A DNA stretch of 64,000 bases from Octopus bimaculoides (lineage: Eukaryota). The translations under genes and the position numbers were made by a program. Within the stretch, counting starts at the first letter, position 1. Every line of letters starts with the position of its first letter. Shown in pieces: positions 54,783-64,000 of the stretch. The DNA lies in assembly GCF_001194135.2 (NCBI RefSeq), contig NC_068992.1, positions 65,178,320 through 65,242,319 of the forward strand, given 5' to 3'. The notes under the pieces were generated by a model. That model was given only the letters and a program-made list of their open reading frames with translations, searched no databases and had not been told where the DNA came from.

Positions 54783-56747
54783 TATATATGCATATATGCA
54801 TACATATATATACATATCTTATCTTCATTCATCTTCTCTCACTCACTGTCTTCAGTTTCATTCCCTGTTTCTAAAATTTATTTGGTCAACTAATTGCTAT
54901 CCATCTGATGAAGGAATGGTAACAATTTGGGAAAATAACTGTCAGCATCTTGTAATTCTTCGAAGTTAATTACGAAATTCTTGTAATTCTTCGTGAAGGA
55001 TAAAATAAGATGGGAACGAAATTTGTTGCTGTATCATTGTACCCAATGATTTATAACTATTACTATTTCTGTGGTATGTAATGTACAGAGAATAGTTGTT
55101 TCCTGAAGTAGCCGATGCCATAGTATAGTTGTATCTGTTGATCAGAGCTATTTTTACCTCCCATGGATAAATTAGTTTTACAGCAAAGAGCGATCTCGTT
55201 AAGTATTGAGATTAAAACTAATAAAATGGGTTTGTTTTACAGAGAAATAACGTTTCATTGCTTTAATACAGAAGAGGATATCACTCTCTGATTCAGCTCT
55301 ATCAGTCAATGTGAATGTAAATACAGCGATTAATGCTGCATGTATGAACGGAGCGTGAACGGTTTTCGTTTATCCAACATATGACTTGTACATTATACGA
55401 GAGCCAAGGACCTTTTATCGCAGTATTCGAAGAACATCGTGTGGAATCCGGATTCTGTACATGCATTGGTCTCTGTAGTTCTAAATCTGCTAAAAATGGT
55501 TTTTCTCGACTCGAGAAGACAGATGTCACTGTTGATCTTAATTAAATATGAATCCAACAGGCAGGAGAAGAGATGAAGTATTCTGACGCAGTTACTCCAA
55601 TGTTCTCCCTAATATCTACTAAATTGCCTCCTTCTTACATTAGTAATTTATGTCTATAAAAAATCCCAGTTTTAATATTTTTGAGCAAATGGATCATCGT
55701 TATATTCGTGATGTTCCCAAGTGCATTCTTGTAGTAAGCGAAGTGAAATGTATTTCAACCAATCTTTAATGCTGTCTTGGATTTTTCCAATAAGACAGGC
55801 GCTTACTTCCTGAATCTCTATGCGATTACAAGGAGCGTTTATTTTGGCGTGAAATGAACTGAAAACGGCAAGGTCGTTGAGCTACTTCATTTGGCTCTTT
55901 ATCGTTTCGAATTCACCATCGATTTTTCTCGATTTAAATACAAAAGAAATAATGACAAATATAATGGAAGATAAAACAGACAATTATTCTGGCTGCTGTT
56001 TAAATTACAACTAATTCTGTTTATTCGACAGTATAGTAATAGCCATAGATTGTATATATAAGTTGTCTTTTTTTTTTCTTTAAAGCAGTCTCGAGATCTG
56101 GCAGTATTTCAAAACGTTACTTAGTACACTCTCTAACTTAAAGCAGCCTTCCAGCTGAGAAACGCAGAACAATCTGTACTCAACAAACAATGTGATATTG
56201 TCGACGACTATTCTTATCTCTCATTTACATATCACATAATAAAAATAGATTTTCTTTTATACGGCAGAGCAAAGTGTCGATATATACCAAGAATATTTAG
56301 TCTTCTATTAATCCACTATGCTCTGATCGTTTGTTTCAATGTATTTTGAAATCTGATCATTACAACATATTTTCCATTTACGGAGAGATATTTTTTTTAC
56401 CAAACAAAGGGGAAGTAATCATAACGGTGCAGTGGAAAACATTCCTTCCTGTAAATATTTCCCATCTCCCATGAGCCCTCTTTGCCAATTATACATTTAC
56501 CAGGTAAAGAAGTTAAGACATTTATGACGATTCAACTAATGGTTGAAGCACAAAAGCTGTTGTACGGACAAGAACCGTTTCACTGGACAAAAACGTTCTC
56601 GGGACACTGAAAACCAAATAATCACTGGAATTAACATCGTAAAATAATTATAGCAAATCTCTTCAAGTTCGATTGTTTCGGCTCTCAGTCTTCATTAATT
56701 TGAAAAGATGTAAAAATTTTTCAAATTTCAAAAACAATAAACACATA

Positions 56748-57202
<455 letters not shown>

Positions 57203-57540
57203 ATACAAATTATCATTAAGGTATATAAGTCTATAAGCGACATTTATGGAAATCTCATGTGTACAGAACATTCTTATATATATATTAAATTATGGCATCT
57301 TCGTGAACATCGTGTCATTTTGATAAGAATATCCGGTTAGGTTTTGTTACATTTTATTGTTAAGAATATTTAAGGTTTAAAACTCGAACACTTACCGTGG
57401 CAACTGCGATGTTGTTATAGATAAAATATTTTGGCAATTATGAAACTACTATGGAGATGATAACAGCAGCTGATATTAGAGAGGATAACGATAGGAGAGA
57501 TGTTAAACTTCGACTGAAAGGCAGCGTGGTCACGGTGTTA

Positions 57541-57574
57541 AATAATAATAATAATAATAATGATGATAATAATG

Positions 57575-57646
<72 letters not shown>
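57541..57646. repeat. (AAT)n with GAT interruptions, at the 5' junction of the RT fragment
   Basis: Direct reading. Confidence 0.95.
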
Positions 57647-58282
57647 GTAAATGCAATCATCCATCTCTTGTATGCGGATGGTCTAAAACTGTATGCTACA
57701 AATGTTAAAAAGCTGGAAACATTACTACAGACAGTACATGGATTTACCAATGAAATAAACAAGAAATTTGGCTTAGAAAAATGTGCCAAAACAATCTTGA
57801 AAAGAGGAAAACTAGTTAAGAGTAACAACATCACACTAGATAAATCAAATGAAATAAGAGAATTAGACCAAAGCCAGACATACAAATACTTAAGAATCAA
57901 TGAACTAGATACGATATACCGTATACGAATAAAAGAAAGGATAAGAAAAGAATACTATACACGAGTTAGATTAATACTGAAAAGAGAGCTTAATGTTATA
58001 AAACAGAGCTTAATGCTAAAAGATAAGATAATAGATATCAACACTCTAGCCGTCGCAGTTATAAGTCACAGCTACAATATGCTTAACTGGATTCTAAATG
58101 AATTAATCAAAATAGACAGGAAAACAAGAAAAAATAATGACAGGATTCAGGATGCACCACCCAAAATCTGACAAAGAAAGGGCTATATATATATATATAC
58201 TGTATCGAAGGTGAGAGAGTTAGAAAGCTACTGGAACACCTACTTCAGAAGAAAGGAAAACTGATACAAATAGCCACAAAAT
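57647..58282 (+). mobile_element. R4/Dong-clade reverse transcriptase fragment, decayed and 5'-truncated
   Basis: Translates as HLLYADGLKLYA...FGLEKCAK...YKYL...KEYY.RVRLILK...NW...IDRKTRK, then after a frameshift IMTGFRMHHPKSDKER. YxDD reads YADG. It starts immediately after (AAT)n at 57541-57646. Confidence 0.9.
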
Positions 58283-58283
58283 G

Positions 58284-58306
58284 GCTGCTGCTGCTGCTGC
58301 TGCTGT

Positions 58307-58344
<38 letters not shown>

Positions 58345-58414
58345 TTGATCATGACGATGATTATGATTATTGTCGTTGTCGTCGTCGATACAATCTTCTT
58401 CAAAGTCGTCGTCG

Positions 58415-58448
<34 letters not shown>

Positions 58449-58545
58449 TATCATCATCATCATCGTCGTCGTCGTCGTCGTTGTCATCATCTTCCTCACG
58501 ATCATAGCGATGATGATGATCATCATCATCACCATGCGATGTATA
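58284..58545. repeat. (GCT)n-(GAT)n-(CGT)n-(CAT)n compound microsatellite
   Basis: Direct reading. Confidence 0.9.
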
Positions 58546-59062
58546 TGTTGCTGCAGATTGCCATATGTTCGCAGAAAACACTAGCAAGAACATTGACCGT
58601 TCCTATCACCATCACTCTCTTCATCGTCAGAGTAATGACCAAAGCTATAGGTCATTACTGGTACATCCTTTACTACTTTCTTTCCTCCTATTACTACTAC
58701 TGCTACTACTACTTCAAAGACCATCCGCTCGCGCACACGATGGAAACTGCTATCGCAACGTGCCTGAAATGTGTGCTGACTTATGCAAATATTCGTCTAC
58801 TTTTCAAATTCCAAAATGGCGTTTCTCAGTTCTTTTTGTATTTATTTATTCATTTATTTATGTCTTTATATTGTTTTAATTAAAATGTTTTCGCCATCAT
58901 ATTTTATTTATTTGTTTTGTTAGTACTTTTGTTATTCTCATTCTTGAAATTCCTGTCAAACACACCTGAAATTTTATTTAATTGCAAACTACACCCACCA
59001 TCAGAAAACTTGACTTGTGCAAGGGAAAATGAGAAAAATCTATCAAGTACAGAACAAATACC

Positions 59063-59101
<39 letters not shown>

Positions 59102-59639
59102 AAAAAAAAAAAAAAAATAATAATAATAATAATAGTAATAATAATAATAATGATAATATTAATAACAACAATTACGATGACGACGACAACTGTAATCGAA
59201 TAAACACTCCATCTTCGATTAGCAAGTCTCAGAAAATTCTAATCACTGTTTGTCCCGTGACAAACCATCAGAGAATTATCATAATTTTTTGGCGTTTTTC
59301 TTGATGTCAGGTTTTTTTTTTTCGCACTTCATATATAATATTTTTTTTTTGTCGAAAGTTTTACTAAATTGTCAATTCTGTTCTGCGATTAGATTCGTAT
59401 TTAGACTGTGGTTGTTTCGACGCTCGCAATCAGCCATCTTTTTAACCGGTTTTAAACCAGTTGACTGCGGCCAGTGTCGTTACCCTCTTCAAAGTTCGAG
59501 TTCCTTGCATCGATCCACGTGGATTTTGTGTAGCAGAAAGGAGGAAGAATGAAAGGCAAAATAGATACTGGGTCATTCACACACACACACACACACACAG
59601 ACACACACACACATAAATACTCAAATGCGTACGCCATGA

Positions 59640-59802
59640 TAGATCGTTAGCCACTACACATTCTTTATTTTCTCTCCTTGTTTCTTTCTGTGCCCCTTTC
59701 TGTGGAAGAACGTAGGTTTGAAACGTCAAAGACTTTTTCATTCACTTCTCGAGCGTTAAACTAATAGATCTGTTTGTTGTCTACACCACCTGTCTTCGTC
59801 TT
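59640..59802 (+). mobile_element. Possible Penelope-like element terminal-repeat remnant with a hammerhead-like motif
   Basis: Contains cttt-CUGUGGAA-gaac(gtag)gttt-GAAACGUC-aaag. The Penelope assignment is inferred from the motif alone. Confidence 0.45.
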
Positions 59803-59837
<35 letters not shown>

Positions 59838-60086
59838 GTATATNNNNNNNNNNNNNNNNNNNNNNNNNNNNNNNNNNNNNNNNNNNNNNNNNNNNNNNNN
59901 NNNNNNNNNNNNNNNNNNNNNNNNNNNNNNNNNNNNNNNNNNNNNNNNNNNNNNNNNNNNNNNNNNNNNNNNNNNNNNNNNNNNNNNNNNNNNNNNNNNN
60001 NNNNNNNNNNNNNNNNNNNNNNNNNNNNNNNNNNNNNNNNNNNNNNNNNNNNNNNNNNNNNNNNNNNNNNNNNNNNNNNNNNNNNN

Positions 60087-60125
<39 letters not shown>

Positions 60126-60642
60126 TAAATACTCGGATGCATACGCCTATGTTATATGTATGTCATTCTGGTGGAAAGTCTGAATACAAATTTGAAATTT
60201 ACTATTTACTATTTTTATTAAAATATTTTGTCATAAATAATAAGACTAATTGCTTCTAGATATTTAGAACTAGCAAAACTAATTAATGTACAAAACGTAA
60301 AATGATAAACTAGTAATTAAATATTATGCCATCGTTTCATAGATTTGATGTTTCTGATACTGCAAGGTACATTGGGATTTTATAAATTCACAAAATTATC
60401 GTCTGAGCAAAAGTTTTGTCTGAAAACTCGAGGATGCAAATTAGAGATTATAAGGGCGTTGTGACATAGTTCTATAAAGAGGTCGTATGCATCTGTGTCA
60501 TTGTGTTGTCTTATGGGTCTGTGTTGTATCCCTCTGTGCCTCTGGCAAAGAGAGATGCAAAAGCATATCTACGACAGTAAAATGCAGCTCTAGAAGCATA
60601 AGATGTCGATCAGAAATGAAGAGAAAAAGGGTCACGTTGGAT

Positions 60643-60886
60643 GAGAAGTTCTCAACCAGCTTTTGCCTTTTGGGTTGCTTTGATTCCTATATTACGCCAC
60701 TGGATCTCCAGAGACATTCACTGTATATAAAAGAAGTATTGCTATATTTTTATAATCAATTATCATTAAGAATTGTATACAATTTTTTAAGAATATTTTG
60801 TGTATTGGAGAAAAATGACTGATGTTTAAGAATAAAATCTTATATGAATCCCTAAGGGTCAGGTGCGCCTCAACTGAGAACCACTG
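60643..60886. mobile_element. hAT/Charlie-like MITE
   Basis: The left end is gttctcaacc (degenerate) and the right end is tgagaaccactg, matching CAGTGGTTCTCAA-type terminal inverted repeats about 240 bp apart. Confidence 0.6.
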
Positions 60887-61644
60887 CATTAGATGCAACA
60901 GCGCTGATGAAACAAGAACAATACAAGGTGAAACAGCAAGTATCGTCGGCCCTTTGAAATTATGTTGAATGAAGAAACCCCCAAGAGTAAACACCACTCC
61001 TTTCCTTTATCCTCCATGAATTTTAGAGCTCAATCCCAGGTATCCCCTTATACGCTTTCGAAAGGTAAGTTACTCCTGTACATTATAAAATAGTCATTCG
61101 TGCACACGTGGAAGATTTGGTATTTAGTTCGTGGCTCTAATGTAACTATAAACTCTAAAACTGCGCTCTATATTTTGAAGATATTTTTTGTTGGTAAGGC
61201 CGTCCATTACTGAACTATATTTCAATAGTTTGCTGCGTTCTTAAGTTATACAAAACGCAAGAAAGATAGGCTTAGAGCCAATGATAGTTCTACATTGAGG
61301 AAATTATGTAGAACATATAAACATATTTTAAGCTGATAAATGAAGAGAAAGCATGGAACACACAAAATAGAAAATTGAAACCTATAAAGTTTCGGTAATA
61401 TTGAATTTGTAATAGAAGATACTATGGCTTTGGACACAAGAGATAAAACAATCTTATTGCAAATACATCTGTGGTTATATGTGCGCAAACGCGTATGCAT
61501 GGGCATACATACAATCAAACACACACGCATACACACACACACACACATATAAACACCTGTATGTATATTTGTATGTGAGCGCGCGTGTTTGTTCGGATGT
61601 GTGTTTACGTACACATTTATTTATATATGTAGATATATATATGC

Positions 61645-61676
<32 letters not shown>

Positions 61677-61848
61677 NNNNNNNNNNNNNNNNNNNNNNNN
61701 NNNNNNNNNNNNNNNNNNNNNNNNNNNNNNNNNNNNNNNNNNNNNNNNNNNNNNNNNNNNNNNNNNNNNNNNNNNNNNNNNNNNNNNNNNNNNNNNNNNN
61801 NNNNNNNNNNNNNNNNNNNNNNNNNNNNNNNNNNNNNNNNNNNNNNNN

Positions 61849-61879
<31 letters not shown>

Positions 61880-62600
61880 CAGTCAAGTGACATTACAAAC
61901 AAAACAGATTTCAACTACTTCTTAGATTTCTATGTACGCATTTAAATTTCAAATGAATTCTTGTGCAGATGCAAGTAACCCAAGGAGAATGAAATGTGAA
62001 GATCTGTTATAGCACCTTCTGACATTTCAACATTTTTCTATGCTCCGTACCTTGGTATTTTGGGATGTATACTGATACCACCTGCAAAAGTAATGATAAT
62101 TGATGCATTATTTTCACCACACCTATAATACTGTTGAATAATAAAGTTCCTGGTGTGCTTAATAGAACAAAGTTATTTTTACGAGTTAATTTCACCCTGA
62201 AAGGCGATTTGAATGTAGTATATTTATTTTCGCTTAGTCGAAGCCCCTGAGATGCCATCTCAGAGCCCTGGAATGCGGACGCCGAAATTTCTGAATCCCC
62301 ACATTATCCCAATTAGAACCAACATTACTTTCTTTTAATTTCACAATATTTCAACAATCTTCCTATTAAGACAAACATTGATAATCTTTTTTGGGAGTTG
62401 ATGCGTGTCAGTCATGTTGTCTTAGACTTTAGAAGTTAATGCTCAGTCGAACTCTAAAACATTTTCTCGTCATCCTGACTTTCAAAGAAGTCGCTTAAAA
62501 CTAATTAGATTTGATATTTGTGACGGAACTTGAGGTACACAGTTAAGTACGGCGAGTTGCCAACAAGCAATGCTCAGACTGTTTCCTAATAGTCCCTTTT

Positions 62601-62963
62601 GGAGGAGCAATGGCCCAGTGGTTACGGCGGCGGACAACACGGTTTCGATTCCCAGACCGGGCGTTGTGAGTGTTTATTGAGGGAAAACACCAAAAGCTCC
62701 ACGAGGCTCCGCAGGGGATGGTGGCGAACTCTGATGTATTCTTTCACCACCACTTTCTCTCACTCTTTTTTCCTGTGTCTGCTATATCTGTATTTCAAAA
62801 GGCCAGCCTTGTAACGCTCTGTGTCATGCTGAATCTCCCCGAGAACTACGTTAGGGATACACGTGTCTGCGGATCGTTCAGCCACTTGCACGTTAATTTG
62901 ACGAGCAGGCTGTTCCGTTGAGCGGGTTAAACGGAACCCTGGTCGTCCTAACCGATGGGGTGC
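62601..62963 (+). mobile_element. tRNA-derived SINE, family A, with a short deletion in the head
   Basis: A box TGGCCCAGTGG and B box GGTTTCGATTCC are present. Collinear with 31148-31525. Confidence 0.85.
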
Positions 62964-62969
62964 TACGAT

Positions 62970-63110
62970 TACCAGTGCTCCACTGGTATTCATTTTATCG
63001 ATCTCGAAGGATGAAAGGGAAAGTTAACTTTGGCGGAATTTCCACTCAGAACGTAAAGGCGAAAGAAATACCGCTTGGTATTTTGACCACTCTGCTGCAA
63101 AGACTTTTTG
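62970..63110 (-). mobile_element. Family B SINE abutting a family A copy
   Basis: Reads ctggtattcattttatcgatctcgaaggatgaaagggaaagttaactttggcggaattt. Confidence 0.8.
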
Positions 63111-63171
63111 AGTCATCGAGCATGGGTAAGGTAGAGTTAACCATCATCATCATCATCATAGACGTCATCAT

Positions 63172-63212
<41 letters not shown>

Positions 63213-63799
63213 ATCATCATCATCATCATCTTTAACGATAACAACAATAACATTATCACTATCATCGTCAACAACAAGGTCAACAAGTTTATCAGCATGG
63301 AAAAAAAAAAAAATCAGTAGAGCTATAAACGGTAAGAAATTATATTTATATGTTAATTATATGATTAAGAAACAAAAAGAAAAAAAGCAATTCTAGTTTT
63401 ATCAGGTTTGATTAAAACAATAAAAATCATAATTCCTTCACAACCAACCATCTTAGTAACGAGAATTGATACACAACGGTGCTTGTTTAGCGCTCTACCG
63501 ATTTAAATACGATTATTATGAAAGTAGAAACAATATTTGTCAACGTTGATGAATAAGATTTCAATAAAGTAAGTCTTATCATTAATTTCTTATCAATATA
63601 TATTTAATTTTGAACAAGTTATTATAACATTTTCAATTGATTGTTTACCGTTTTTGTTTTACACAGTCAATGACTCTCTTTCAGGCTGTGAATGATAACA
63701 TATGAACGAATGAATAAAAAAGAAAGAAATCATAAACTCTTTCCTGTCAGATACTTTTTTTATTTGAGTTCCAACTATTTAAAATTCTTTTTTGCTTTC

Positions 63800-63848
63800 A
63801 TGATGATAATGATGATGATGATGATAATAATAATAATGATAATAATAA

Positions 63849-63935
<87 letters not shown>

Positions 63936-63962
63936 TTATTATTGTTATTATTATTATTATTA
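63800..63962. repeat. (GAT)n(AAT)n(TAT)n compound microsatellite
   Basis: Direct reading. Confidence 0.9.
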
Positions 63963-64000
63963 TCTATCTTTTTATTATTCCTTGATTATTTCTAAACTAT

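Noticed and set aside
58783-58790. Octamer ATGCAAAT (also 60434) as a snRNA or POU element
   Set aside because: Several occurrences are expected by chance at this AT content, and no snRNA gene is nearby.

Overview
This is AT-rich, microsatellite-saturated eukaryotic draft sequence with 21 N-gaps (about 6.5 kb), most of them flanked by simple repeats. The repeat content resembles a coleoid cephalopod (Octopus-like) genome; that is inference from remembered repeat families, not a search result. No complete protein-coding gene is visible, and nearly every ORF in the track is a microsatellite or N-gap artefact. Best-supported content: (1) about 25 copies of four tRNA-derived SINE-type families, labelled A, B, C and E here; (2) R4/Dong-clade non-LTR retrotransposon remnants abutting (TAA)n tracts, namely an endonuclease C-terminus plus 3' UTR at 2.7-3.0 kb and an RT fragment at 57.6-58.3 kb; (3) DNA-transposon remnants (mariner transposase fragment, Tigger-like end, hAT MITE) and three long inverted-repeat elements; (4) three degenerate hammerhead-ribozyme-like motifs of the Penelope type; (5) a candidate signal-peptide first coding exon on the minus strand at 11012-11081 whose later exons I could not find. 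I found no evidence for a wholly new biological system. The most promising leads are the TAA-targeted retroelement stack, the hammerhead variants, the dsRNA-capable foldbacks and the orphan signal-peptide exon. Repeat boundaries were read by eye and may be off by a few bases.
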